A DNA stretch of 64,000 bases from Bigelowiella natans CCMP2755 (taxonomy: Eukaryota; Protista; Cercozoa): positions 43,723-107,722 of the forward strand of contig ADNK01000559.1 of NCBI GenBank assembly GCA_000320545.1, read 5' to 3'. Shown here piece by piece: positions 50,693 to 64,000 of this stretch. Numbering within the stretch: the stretch's first letter is position 1; every line of letters starts with the position of its first letter. Position numbers and translations under genes: made by a program. The notes under the pieces are model-generated. The model ran no database searches. It saw nothing but the letters and a program-made list of their open reading frames with translations, and was not told the origin of the DNA.

Positions 50693-53649
50693 TTAAAAGA
50701 GGCTATGTTTTTTCTTTGCAGCCTGCTGCTTCCAAGGCTTCCAAGCGGCAAATTCCGCCATTGTCACCTTATTTATCATCAACCAAATTCATAATCAGAA
50801 AATCCGTCATTATAGCTCACAAAGCGTGATATTACCCCGAAGATTTCCTTGAAAACTTTATCTTCGAGATAGAGCTCCTTCTTGGCTGGATTTACGCGGT
50901 CCGGCTGTTTGCCCTTTACCTGCGAAGTTTATGGTCATGGTGGTGAGGGTGGCGAAAATTAAACAAATAAGAAGAGCATCGGAAGGTCACTATTCTCTTG
51001 ATTGTCATCAAACACTTTCTTTTTTCGACTTTATTACATGTCGGATGTAGGTACAGCTTGCTACTGCTGCTGCTGCTGCTGCTGCTACTGCTACTGCTAC
51101 TACTACTAGCCTGCACCTGCAATTCCTTGAGAGAAAATTTGTTGGTGGCCGGATCGAGGAATCCCACGTCTATAATGATGAGGTTGGATGAGGCGCTAGA
51201 AATCGAGACAGTAACGAGGATATTTAACACAAAAATGGAGGGGGGGGGGGGGGAGGGAAGGGAGGTCGTGGGCCGTGGGTCTGATAGCTAAAACTGATAT
51301 TACGATTTCGTTGTCCCACATTCAATCCAACTCTTATTATTAAAGAGTAATCAGAACTACCGGTGGTACTATGTTGTACTACTACTTGGTAACACAAATA
51401 CGACTACTTCTCCTTACCGCTAGAGCTCACGGCCTTGCCGGTGGTCTTCTTCATATCGGATCCCTTTGCGTCTCCCTTGACCCACTTGTCGGCCACTTCC
51501 TCATCCCACGCGATGAAGTGCGCAGTGAAGCTCGGGGGCTCAAATCCTGCTTCGAGTTTGAACACAGGGCACTCCTCCCGTCCTACGAGTGATTACAACG
51601 ACGATGTTGATGGTGGTGGTGGTGGTGGGGGGGGCAACATAAACTAATAAAGGACAACACGAGAGGGATCGATCTTCCGCATGTATTGTGGTGACATTGA
51701 TGCTGATGACGGTGGCGAGGCATTGATTCACTACCGTCAGGGTTATTCTTTGCGTAGTCAAGTGCAAGCTGCAATTAGGTTGTCATTGATTAGAATCAAC
51801 ACTTGGCAGAAGGAGGGGGGGGAATAGAGGATGAGGTGCAAAAACAGCAAAACCATAGACGACGACGAATGCTTAGAGATCATACATATAAGCATTTCCT
51901 ACTGCCCACTAATACTCTGCTTCTGCTGCTACTAGCATGCAGCCACAACTGCCACCGCCTACCTTTAGAGCAGAGTCTTTCTCGTCGCTCTGTGCATCGG
52001 ATCCACACCACACGTACACCTTGGAAGATAAACAAGACACACCAGATATTATATATGTATATAAATATATGCGCGTGTTTGTGTATGTGTTTGTGTGTGT
52101 GTGTGTGTGTGTGTGAAAATTATATCCATCATTCATTGAGAATCAAAATTGCAAGGGGAAACACAGGACGGGGACGAGACTGTAATGATGATATTGCTTA
52201 TACTGCCTCAACCCCTCCCCCCCCTCCCCTGCTGTTTCTCCAGCAACTGCTACTACCATTATTACTACTACCTCAGAGAAGAGGTCAAGCATCATCACAT
52301 CGTCGTTGATCAGGTCTTCCTGCGTGAAATTGAACACCTCCTGCGCCGTTAGCCCCCCCGTATTTGCTGGTGAAGATGAAACATATGAGGAAGAAGAAGA
52401 AGATGATGATGATGATGGTGATAATGACGATCACGGTGAGAACAGTGGTGAATTGGGAACAGGAGAGACTGTCCATCTTACGCTGCAAACAGCAGCACGA
52501 AAACGCATGGTAGTAGCAGCAGCAGCAGCAGCAAGAACAGAAGTTGCTGTGGAGGGTAGGGAAAGAACCAACTTGAGAGGTGGAAGAGACGAGGCTCGCG
52601 GACGTCTTCAGAGAGAAACTTAGACTTTGCGTACTCGCCCTTTCCGCCGATTGCACTCCAGAAGTCCTGCAAGGATTTTTGTTTAAAAGTAAGGCGGAGG
52701 AAGAGGGAGGGAGGCAAATTAGTCATCATATGCGATCCCGAGGGTGGAATAACTCTTAAATAATGGTGCATCTCGAAATAACGACAAACAGTATAGTCCT
52801 GGTACTGCCATCAACTGCAGTGACGCTCTTCTATTATTGTGGTCAACGCTACCGCTATTGCACTATTATCATCTCGCTACCATTACAATTCTTCTTCACC
52901 AGCAGCAGCAGCAGCAGCAGCGCATTATATGGATATTACTACCTCTGATTCATCGCCTTCTTTGATGACAGTGATACTACGTGAGCCCCTCAAAGTATCT
53001 GTGGTGGTGATGGAAGGTTGTGGTTGGTGCTGCCGATGGTGAGATGATGATGTTGATGATAGTGATAAGATGATAAGATGGTAAGGTGATAATGGATAGA
53101 CGGTAGTCATTGTCATGTCACCTGCGACATCTGCAGCAGACTTGCGCTCTTCATCATTAGCACCCGCTCCTTGCCAGATGTACCTACAACAACGAGAGGA
53201 AAGCAAAACCACGTATTAGAGCGCTGCAATACTTACTGCTGCTCCTACTGCTGCTGCTGCTACTACTACTACTACTACTGCTGCTACTACTACTGTTCCG
53301 AGTGCTAACACAACATTTGCTTTGGAGTGAGGAGGACAAAGCAGTCGCCAGAGTTCAATGCCGAGGCTTTTTCTTCGCACTGAATGGTGCGGGTGTATGA
53401 CGCTCCTGGACGAGAAGAAGAAGAAGAAGAAGAAGAAGAAGAAGAAGAAGAGGAGGAGGAGGAGGAGGAGGAGGAGGGGGAGGGAGGTGGTGCTCATTCG
53501 GTGGGCTGATAGATTGAAAAATGAAAGGCGAACCTTGTGATTTGACGTGGTACATCTCCGTACCGTCGGTGTCGTATTTGTCTTGGTCGTTGCGGTTCTT
53601 GAAGGCGCTACAATGATTGATGATGATGCAGCAGCAGCAGCAGCAGTAG

Positions 53650-53683
<34 letters not shown>

Positions 53684-55648
53684 TAGCAGCAGTATTATTA
53701 AGATTGCCAAGCGCCTCTCAATACCATTACTAGGAAGAAACCAACCGACGAAGAAAAACAACGATGATGGAAGGGATAAAAAATCAAGCTGATTGATTAT
53801 ACCTTTTCGCTTTTTACCATCATAATCAAGATCATCATTATCATCATCAGCAGCATCATCGTTGGCATCGTGATCGTCGCATGTCAGTCAACAAATCACA
53901 GAATAGCACCTTGCATGGCCTCCATTACGAATGACCATCTTGCCGCCGAAGATGGCCATAAAGTGCTTTGGCTCGTGACCCATGGTTACACGTACCTGAT
54001 AGCAGTAGCAGTAGTCGTAGTTAGTGATTACCATCACCACCTCTTTCCTATTCTCATCAGTATCAGCATCATCATCATCATCATCATCATCATCGGTAGC
54101 ACCAGAATAAGCAGCATTTATTAAAGAAAGGTACCTGCACAGGTTTTCCCTTGTATGCATCGTCGAGATCGCGAGTCAGCAGTGCGGACGCAGCTTTCTC
54201 GTCAATAGAGCTAATAAGTCACAATACCATCATCAATTCTATTATCATCATCATCATCATCGTCGTCGTCGTGATGATCACAGTATGTCATTTCTCCCTC
54301 TGCCCCTCCCCCCCCCCCTTCCCTTCCCCGTTGTTACCTTTTAGACCCCTGCCAGTAGTAGATGATGTATTCAGGGCGATTTCTTCGAGTGTAGCTGTAC
54401 CTGTAGTGTGAGCATAGATTGTTTTTATAGGTTGTAGATCACATTTATTTATCCTCCTCCCTCTCGTTTTTCTTCTATCCTCCCTCCCCTTTGCATCATA
54501 CGCACAAGATGACGTAGGAGTCGCCATCAAAGAACTGCCCCTTCATTCCTGCTGGAACCTAAATTTACGGTGGCTTTGTTAAAAATCACGGAGGGGGGGG
54601 GGGGGGGGGGAGAGAGCGGTCTTGATAGCTAGTAGAAGCATAAATGGTAGTGATCGTAGTTATCATGTACTACCTCGACTCGCTTGAGGTCTTCAACACG
54701 CCATTGAGTGACCTTCCCGGAAGTGTCAATCATCTTCTCCTCTGTGATGTGTAAATGCAATCGTTGTCATCGTCATCATCAACAATATCGATGCTTTTGT
54801 TGTCCATTCATTCATTCCTTGGTTTCATGATATCATTTGCCAGAATCCTTTATGTTTGGTATTGCTGGCGGCTGTTGATCACCCGCAGGAGATGGGGGGG
54901 GGGGAGGGGGGGTAATGATAGCGATCACAGCAAAGAGCCACGACGACGATGACTGCAGCCGTAGCACACGTACCTGCCTCCTTGCACACCTTGAACAGTG
55001 CTTCCGCAGCGACGTCCTTCTGTTTATTTTGCGGCAATGGCCAAGTGTAGAATTTTAGTGTATTTCTCCCAATATGACCACAGCTTTTGCAGGTGATATA
55101 CAGTGCCCATCATGATGATGGTGATGGTGATGGTGATGGTGATGGTGATGATTCACGTTCACGAATAATCGATTTGGTAGTATCTTTTTTTGCTATACTC
55201 GAAAAACAAGACATTCTTCTCGGGTATTTTGCTAGTTAATGCGCCAAAGCTTTCATTACATCAACTTAACACGTTATAAGTCTCCCCTACTAGTTAATTG
55301 TTACCGGCTTGGCCCCTCCTCCTCCCTCCTTCACATCCTCAACTGGGAGAGAATTCGTCGAAGATAGAAACAACAAGAAAATGAGTGAGAATACCACGTA
55401 TAGCAGTAGAAGTAGTAGTAGTAGTAGTAGTAGCATCGACCTAATGAGAGAGGAACTGGAACAAATCCCCCCCCCCCCCCTCTCTCTCTCTTTCTGTCAT
55501 ATATCTGCAATCTACAATACAGGCTGCTGGTTTAATTTAATTCAATAATTTCCCCATGAAACATAGACGATGATGTGTATCACTCCCTAGCTTCTGCTTC
55601 CTCCTCCCACTTCACTTCGTTGATAAATGAAGACAATAATAACCAGTG

Positions 55649-55682
<34 letters not shown>

Positions 55683-56034
55683 CCTTGCGCTCTTTTGGAG
55701 GGCTCCACACGTGGAAGAGTTCCTTGAAAGCGGGGGGCTCGGCGCGCTCGGTGACACGCTAAAACAAAGATCATCACGCCAGAAGCAACACGGTGATGGG
55801 TGAGGATGACGATGATGATGGTTTCATCCATCACTCCCCCTTTCTTGTCCTCCTCCTCCTCCACCTCCTCCTCCTATTCCTCCTTTTCCTCTTCTAGCCG
55901 CAGCACCAAGACCCCTACTACCTGCACGCTGATCCAGTCGGGGTAACCCTTCTCCTTAAGGTAGTCGGTGGCATACTTCATAGATTCCTTTTTCTCAGCC
56001 TAACGATGATGATGGTAGCAGGAGGAGTTGTTGC

Positions 56035-56074
<40 letters not shown>

Positions 56075-58988
56075 CTGCAAGACTACTAGCAGCTGCTGCG
56101 GCTGTGGGTGCTTTAAGTATACTGCTAGTCGTCTACTAACACCTTGGTAGCCCCCTTTCCAATCCACACGTAGATCTTAGACTGTACGTCGATCAAGAAC
56201 ACGTCCTCCGTCCTGCAGTAAGTCAGTCAGTACTTGGTTGGGGGTTTATAATAAAAGAGGAGGATACGCTACTAACTTGCCCAGCACTGCTATTAGGACG
56301 ACTATCACCGTCACCACCATCACCAAGCAGCAGCATCAGCATCAGCAATAACAGGCCGAACACCACATGCGACTCTGATCTTGAAGTACTTCTGATACCT
56401 GAGGAGGGACTTCTCAAGCTTACCAGATTTTGTCGTAACCTTGACCTGCTTGAAATCCATTTTCCCTGCCATACGTAGCAAAACACACGCCGCGTAAACA
56501 ACAACACATGCTGTGATAAGTAACATCGTATAAGGCATGTTCTGCCCGCAGGGATGATGACGGACGGCTCTCACGACCTGATGCATCGGAGATCTCAATG
56601 AGGGTTGGCTTTGCTCGGCGCACGGCGTCCGCTCCGCCTATCATCAGAAGTGAGAGAGGTTTATTTACGACATGCATCTTTTTCATTTGTGTGTGTGTGT
56701 GTGTGTGTGATGGCAATATGACCATATCACCCTAAACATGACTGAGAGGGGGCAAATAAATCAAATTCCTCAACCACACCTGCTTCTGCAGACTTCACCT
56801 GGGATTTGTCACCTGTATAAATAATATTTCGTGTCCATGCATTAAACGTGTTTTCTTAGCTGTTCCCGTGCAGAGGAGGAGGGTTATAGAGGATGAGGAG
56901 GGAAAGCTTAGCATCATGAGTGCAAAATGCAACAGTCTTCCCCAATATCCCTTGCATGTAATATGATGTAAAATTGCTTTTTGTTGAAAGAGTAAGGAGA
57001 TCAAACAATCTCCTGTCTCAATTGGGGAAAATGATCGTTTCCCAGTAGTAATTTACCCAATAAGATCCCCCCAAAAGAGAAAACGAATGCAAAATTTGAT
57101 ATGAATAAGGAAAAACTGTTCAAATTATCTGCTCGAAATCATGAAATCCGAGAACGCTATGATTTTCCTGTCGAAGGCAAATCACCGCCTTCCCAAAGCT
57201 CTTTGGATTTCACGACACATATCTTCATTTCAAATGTACCAAATATATGGTCCGCAACTGTTTTCCACTTTCAATACAATTATGTTCTTCTACCACCACT
57301 ACGCATTTGTACCGAGCATCTTCCAGAAAGGCTCTGCCTCTGTACTCGAGCTGTTGTTCTTATCCAGGATCACAATCTGCATTATTTTTCCAACCATCAA
57401 ATATCATCAACAAACACCTTACAACACCATTGCTTCACAGAAAATAATAATACCGTGGCCTTTCCGCCTCGCTCTTCGTCCTTGATCTTGTTAGCAACTT
57501 CCATAGACTTAAATTTCTCGTACTACATAGTAAGGCGCAAGGGGGGGTGGGGAGGGGGGGGGGGGGGGAGAAGGGTACACGCTGATAGTAAGAAGATATG
57601 GAGAAAATGTCGCTTAAAATGCAGGAGCACGAATGAGGAAGTAAATTGGCTCGGTTTAGGTGATCAGCGACTGGATTTTTCTCGTCAAAGATACAGAATT
57701 GTATCTCAAGGAGTTTACTCATTTTGTCATACATCATCTCAAGAATCATCCGAGCGAAGGTCGTTAAGTAGTGACTGTACACAACTGTCGACGTTTTCCA
57801 TTTCCCCCCCTCTACTTCACAATTTCCTTCGTGTGTAACCACAATCAAACACTACCACCACTACCTTCATTTACCTTGTTTGCCTTGCTCCCGATCCATC
57901 GATAAAGGGTCAGGCCGCAATCAAGAATAAACACGTCGCCTTCATTAAGTGAAGAGGATTTCATCTCCACCTAAGTTGGTTATAGTATAAGTTATGCGTT
58001 CAATGTATCATACCTATAAGCGTAGACACAATGTTGATCCTCCTCGGGACATATCATATTAGAAACATCCTCAATGTATAAAGAGGAGGAGTATCATATC
58101 CACTCGTTAGTTACCTGGGAGACCAGAACGCTACGCTTGCCTTTGCACTGGAAGAGACGTGGCTCGTAGGCATCGGGGTCGACATGGTTGAACCCAGAGT
58201 CTTTTCCACCTGTGTGATTGTTTGATGGCAGCAGGCGACCAGAACATTATAGCCCCAAGAGATGAGAGGAGAAAGACGATGACGACGACTTCGACTTGTA
58301 AGACGATTAACAAATGCATGCTTGCCACGAACCCTTCAAGACACGAACGCCGCCAGATTTCTTGAAAACGGCCTGAAACATCTGGGACTCGTGTCCCTCG
58401 ATCTCACGATACTGCACTGGCTCTCCCTGTGGTGTTTATGGGGGGGGGGGGGGAAGCGGAGGCGCCACATTGAATGCACCAGAACAAATAAGATGAATTT
58501 GGAGTTTCCCTCTTAAATGACACACGTAGTGTGGGATAGAGAGATCCTTATATATTATGGTACCTTGTGGACGTCATCGAGCTCAACAGCCTTGTATGCA
58601 GCCGTTCCTTTCTCATCTTGCGTGGACGTAGAACCCAGCCAGAAGAACAGATTGCGTTTCAAGCGACCATACTTGTTCTTGGTGGTCTGATTAAGTGGGG
58701 GGGACATAGTGAAGGCATAAAATTATCTGAATAAATTTACATCAAAATTCGCTTTCGGTAAAACAATAATCTATATTGTTGTAGCGACTTGCTTGTTTTC
58801 CCACTCGCCATTAATTCTTCCCGTTAATCCAACTTTACAACCTCAAGAACAAGATAGCTGTCTCCGGAATAGAACTGTCCATATGATTTTTGATCGATGG
58901 GAACAGCTTCGAAGTTCTCGATGCGCCAGATCTCAACTCCGGGCTCTTGGCCAGACTTCAGAAACGATTTATTTTGAGATGCAGCCAT
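50693..58988 (-). CDS. Villin (gelsolin repeats + C-terminal headpiece); >20 exons
   Basis: Exon 1 (58842-58988) [42 protein letters not shown]. Further motifs [71 protein letters not shown] and [13 protein letters not shown]. Headpiece [33 protein letters not shown]. Confidence 0.95.
57659..57757 (+). repeat. 99-bp dispersed repeat, copy 2 (inside a villin intron)
   Basis: Near-identical to 5006-5104. Confidence 0.9.
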
Positions 58989-59890
58989 TTTGCACACAGG
59001 ACTAAGTTGTCAGCAAAATTGAAACGTTAGGGGGGTCCGCTTCACAGAGTGTATTCTTTAACCTATGCTACATCATATTTTAATTTCATTCTGCAGGGTC
59101 AGCCACCCCTCTTAATCATCTCTTTCTCTACCTCTGCAATTCGATTGAGATTCGATTCGGGTATGGGGAATGCCGATCAAACTCGGATCAAGTGCGTACT
59201 AAAAATCCTAAGAATATGCATGAGTTACATTGTACGACAATAGTTTGATGATGTCGTAAAAGTATTTTGTGGTGAATTTCAGGAGTTCGCTGTTAGTGTT
59301 CTCGAACTTGCCAATTCTGAATAGAGATGAGACTCACTTTGTTGCACAATAAATCCCATTCAATCCCATTCAGACGTACCTCCGGACAAAAATCGCTAAA
59401 ATATCCAAATTTACTTGTGAATTATTGGAATTATCTTGCTTTTTTCGTGTCACAATTTTTTAAGTGGAATATTCTCCGTGAGAACATGGTGCTTCTTCGA
59501 TCTAAATTAATAGAGTTCCAACGTGCAAGAAGATATTTTCGCTTCTGTCTGGAAACAAGGATACACTACCAAAACACGTGTCATAGTATTTTAGGGAATA
59601 ATTTCTCGGCTGTTGTGGCGATTCTGGGGCATTTTTTAATCCTTAAAACATCCTAGAACTTGGTTAGACCTGGATCGTTTTTTTTGGGAAAATATTTTTA
59701 GGTATTTTCCATCGTGCTTACCCACTTAGAGTGCACATTCGGGAAGGGTTGCCGACGATGCCCCCCTCCCGAAAAACCAGGTGCACCGAATGTTTACAGA
59801 TAGTCTATGAGGATAATTCATACAAGTATTTTTGAATTTTGTATGCATGAGTATGCAATGAGTTTACCCTATTATGGGTTAAGTACAACG

Positions 59891-61598
59891 ATGAAAAGTC
59901 TTTCACCACAGCAAGCGCTGATGTGTTTGCCATTGTGTTAATTGACTCTCTCGTCCATTCTTCTCCATTAGGAGCACGCTTGCACTGCGTCGCGTTCTCC
60001 ATGTAAGACGCTCTATAAAATTCTCCATGTTTTGTAGCATTTTATTTTAAGTCCGAATGTCTAGATAGCGGGAGAGCAAGTAGGGTATATTGAGAGAATT
60101 GACCACAGCACTCGGTTCGTGGGCCTATCCTCTCTGTCTGATAATGGATCATTTTTATTTCCAGATAATTGCATTGGGGAGTACATTGGCATCGCTAAAA
60201 GGGCAGGGCAGATATCCCGCATCCACAAGAAGATTTTCTAACTGCGTCCGGTAATTCTACGTGCATTTCGCAAGCATGTGTGGTTAGTTTGTGTGCTGTT
60301 TTTTATAGTGAAGACTCCTTATATTGCATGATGATGTGAATAACAAGTTTAAATAGATTGTTTACAGAAAAATGAATGCAAGAGACTTGGTTTTTCCTTC
60401 TGACATATGGTCTTTAACCTACTTCCGAACAGCAACTGCGGCAGGACGTCAGCGGCATCTTCGGCAAACATGCGTGGGAAATTTCCTCTCTCAGCATCGC
60501 CTTTAACTCCATCAACACTTGCATCGATCTTATCGAGATCGTCATGCTCTCTCCAGGTACAGCGGCAGAAAGAAATGCTGATACTTGATCATTCGTCTTT
60601 GTTGGTCCTTCTGCAATAATTCGTACATCTTCTATCCTTTATAGGCTCAAACTGGCGTGGGAAGCATGGAAGAAGGAGGGGCTAGGGGAGGAAACATGGG
60701 CGAATCGTTGACAGATATAAATACCTCGTCGATTGTCTTACCAGCAGCCGATGGTAATCTCATGTAGTTTGTAGCAGAAAGTTGTCCACACCATCATGCA
60801 CACACACCTGCACCCCAAGAATAACCAAGTTGCTCCGCTCCTTTGTTTCAGTGACGCGTCGCAGTGCTCATTCCTACCGTCATCAACACGAGCAACATCG
60901 TCAATGGCACGGCCATTGGGAGAACAGCAACTCTCCAATATTTGCAAGAGCAAAGTCATTCCTATCCCAAGCGTTGGGCGCTATTATACCAAACTCAGTC
61001 TCATCTCTTGCTGTTGGAATTGTCTCACAATTGATTCTTTTGCTAAAATCCCAGGTGAGTACTGAGTGGTTGTAGATTAATGCTCAAACTATGCACACAG
61101 CACTGCCTTTTTCTCATCATTTGTTGGTAATAATGACAAAACTCGTCTCAGGAGGCATCAGCGCACATACTGCCTCCAGAATCCGATTGGATAGAAGAGG
61201 AAATTCCCGGTAAAGACGGACGGTGTCCATCACAAACGACAACAAAATGGCCACGCAAAATTAGAGAATTTGATTTTTATTTCTAATTTTGAAACATCCC
61301 CATGATGACTTCATAGGGATGGCTGCTGTGGGCGGTGGTGAGAAAGAAATGAAGGTATTCAAGTTATCACCAAAAACGTGGTCAATTGTTGCACGTATTG
61401 ACCTGGAAAAACAAGCACAAAACGATACCCATGAAGGTGGTTTCGGATGTGTATGTTTGGACTGGTTACGGCTAATGATTTAGACTTAACATCTGCTGCG
61501 ATGATGACATACACCATATGTAGAGGATTCTGGAGAGGTACCTTAAGGGCGACGATTCAGTCATTAGTGATCAGGTATGATGTGCAAGAATTTATGTG

Positions 61599-61633
<35 letters not shown>

Positions 61634-62047
61634 TGTGTGTGTATACATTAATTGAAAACGATGTTATCATTTCTGAGTCGGATAGTATGTATGAGAACTC
61701 TATCGTTGGTGGTTGATAAGTTTGAAATGTATGTGTTGCGTGCTTCTTGTGCCTATTATCATGTCCTAACGAACCAGGGATTGAACATATCGTTTTGTAT
61801 GGATCGTGAGAGCATAACTTTCTCGGCTCCAAGTAGCCAAAAGTAAGCAGTGGTGATCGATCCGCAACACATCTACTTAAGCAGCAGTAACAACAACAAC
61901 AATAATAACAATAACAATAACAATAACAATAACAACATGATTCCAATCAATGACTACATCCACAGTGGCGACAGATCCTTCCAGAGTTGGCTGGCAAAAG
62001 TGGTCGATACGATGCGAAAGTCGGTGCAGCGGCAAAATGCAAAATAA
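59891..62047 (+). CDS. Hypothetical protein, possibly with bipartite plastid leader; ~12 exons
   Basis: A phase-consistent GT-AG chain can be built: MKSLSPQQALM-STLALRRVLH-HSVRGPILS-IIALGSTLASLK...-EASAHILPPESDWIEEEIP-GMAAVGGGEKEMK-RILERYLKGDDSVISDQ-GLNISFCMDRES...QRQNAK*. No recognised domain. Confidence 0.5.
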
Positions 62048-62432
62048 AAGCTGAACGTTGTCCTTTCATGATGTGACCCAAGTTTGAGTTTTTGCCGATT
62101 CGTCGGACAGAATGCATTGAGAAGGATAAATAGATAGACAATCTAAGCCACTCCTTTATTTTTCTGTGTGATTGATATTATGCACTAACAGGTGCGGCGT
62201 GGTGATCGTGACCAACGTCTTTGACCGGCGGATGTGTACGTCCTACTGCAACTACTGCTTTTGACTGCCATTGATGATACATGAAGAAGAAGTTGTAGTA
62301 GTAGTAGTATTGTTAGTAGTAGTGGTAGAAACAGTAGTGACTATTGTAGTAGTAGCTAGTAGTAGTGGCAGCATCTGTCTTTGTAACGAGGATAAAAGAG
62401 ACGCTTTCTTCTACTTGTTCTTCCTCTTCTTC

Positions 62433-62527
62433 TTAGGCGCCAAAGTCCGTCGAGAGCTGCTCAAGTTTCAGTGTGAGAAGAAAAAGCTGTACGAAAGGTG
62501 GGGTGGCGGATGGATGGATGGGGAGAT

Positions 62528-62558
<31 letters not shown>

Positions 62559-62782
62559 GAGTAACACTTACATTTACTATTGCGTGCATGTCGTCTTCCA
62601 GTGTTGAGCCATGATTGTTTGATTGATGGTTTCGCAGATTATCGACATGGCAGTTACGGAAGGGGAGGACCGGAGATGTTCGTTCCTCTTCATCCCCATT
62701 TTTAGGTTGTGCTACTTCGGCTATTATGCCAGCACTACTGCTGTCAAACGCGCACACACACATACACACATACACACACATA

Positions 62783-62825
<43 letters not shown>

Positions 62826-64000
62826 CAGAGAGAGAGGGGGGGGGGAGAATCTCGTGAATTTATTTAGTTTAAGATGAATACAAGTATCAAAATTACACCA
62901 TAATATCCACTGCGCCCTCTGTCTCCATTTCTTCCACTTCGCCTTGCTCGTGACTTGTTCCTACTCCTTGCTGCTGCTGCTGCTGCTTCTACCACACTGC
63001 TTCTTTCATCTTAGGCAAAAAGAACTTATTGCAAATCCAATTGTTACGGCTGTCATGGACCGGTGAATACAAAAATAAGCATAGTACACAAATAACAACA
63101 ACAACAACAACAACGATAACGACGACGACGACGACAAGGAGAGGCGGAGGCGGAGGAGGAGAAGGAAGAAGAAGAAGAAAAGAAAGAAAATGATAGAGAG
63201 AAAAGATCGACCCTGTTATTCTCAAATTCTTGTTTAACATGAATCGCTATTATATTACTCGCAAATTGTGCTTCTTCTCGCCAATCAATCACTTCCCTCT
63301 CCCATGACAAACACACAGTTACTACGATTGCTTACTATACATGCATCCTTCTCTCCTTAAAGCTATTTCTCGCGACGACGCTTTCGGGAGGAGAATGGAG
63401 GCTCTTACTTCAATGCCGACACCAAAGCGTATGCAACACTACAAACGTTCATAACACAACAGAGACGCATATCCTGCTGCTGCTGCTGCTCTGCTCCTGC
63501 TGTATCACCAGAGCTTAGGAAAGCAAGCTTCTATCTACCACATCATCAATCTCCCGGTGTTGTAGGTATCTTGACCTCGTCACATGGATCAGCGCCCTAC
63601 CAAAAGTGCGATGATAAGGAGGGGGGATGGGAGGGGGGAGGGAAGAAAGACGTTATTGCGATTATGATGACTGCCGTACAGTTCTCCATCTCTTCTCTCC
63701 TCTGCACAACTGTCATCATCATTGCCAACATCATCATCATCATCATCATCATCACCGTCACCACCATATAGTTGACGTGTTGCCCTTATTTTTACTACTA
63801 CTACTACTACTACCACTATAATGTGTAGGCGGAGAACCAAGGATTGCACAGGGATGTTCTTTGGGGCGGGTAAGTAAGAAAGATAAGACGACTATGTCTA
63901 GTAGTAGACCCCGCTGCTGCTGCTGAATCTACTGCTGTCGTTGATGTGAAGAAATCGTAGCGTTGAGTCATGGTGCACACCCAACTACACACACACACAC
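62433..64000 (-). CDS. 3' part of an intron-rich hypothetical gene (5' end beyond window)
   Basis: Exon-like islands between microsatellites: ...EVIDWREEAQFASNIIAIH, NNWICNKFFLPKMKEA, EQVTSKAKWKKWRQRAQWIL, ...MHAIVN-LFLLTLKLEQLSTDFGA*. Some junctions unresolved. Confidence 0.4.

Noticed and set aside
57101-57838. 245-aa plus-strand ORF
   Set aside because: Antisense to villin exons/introns, includes a poly-G tract and has no domain.
1-64000. CRISPR arrays, rRNA, tRNA genes, telomeric arrays
   Set aside because: No repeat-spacer array, rRNA-like region, cloverleaf or tandem telomere repeat seen by eye; a covariance-model scan would be needed to exclude small RNAs.

Overview
Eukaryotic nuclear DNA, gene-dense and intron-rich. 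It is probably from a chlorarachniophyte alga, inferred from a nuclear-encoded TatA and an alpha/beta-hydrolase that carry bipartite signal+transit-like leaders. Hand-spliced genes: LSm6, an ABHD/YheT-type hydrolase, a VIT-vWA protein with a Cys-rich tail, a secreted LVIVD-repeat protein, a GT17 (MGAT3-like) glycosyltransferase, TatA, a multi-pass membrane protein, a PLOD-type glycosyltransferase, a full-size ABCG/PDR transporter, villin and two unknown genes. A complete, very young 5.7-kb Ty3/Gypsy LTR retrotransposon (31598-37313; 326-bp LTRs with no difference seen; GATT target-site duplication) sits inside a decayed ACBP/DnaJ-like pseudogene. Most interesting signals: (1) five tail-to-tail intergenic spacers, and the dead gene around the retrotransposon, are rich in CATG/TGCA/CTAG. 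In the strongest zones TpA survives almost only as CTAG, which suggests a locus-restricted TA->CA/TG mutator or base-modification system. (2) The retrotransposon integrase is compact (DD27E) and ends in a degenerate DIRS-type DNA adenine-methyltransferase-like domain, and the element landed in one of these zones. (3) A TACGACA/TGTCGTA motif clusters upstream of most gene starts. (4) Microsatellite-stuffed and microsatellite-free introns alternate in sharp multi-kb domains. All gene models and counts were done by eye and need computational confirmation.
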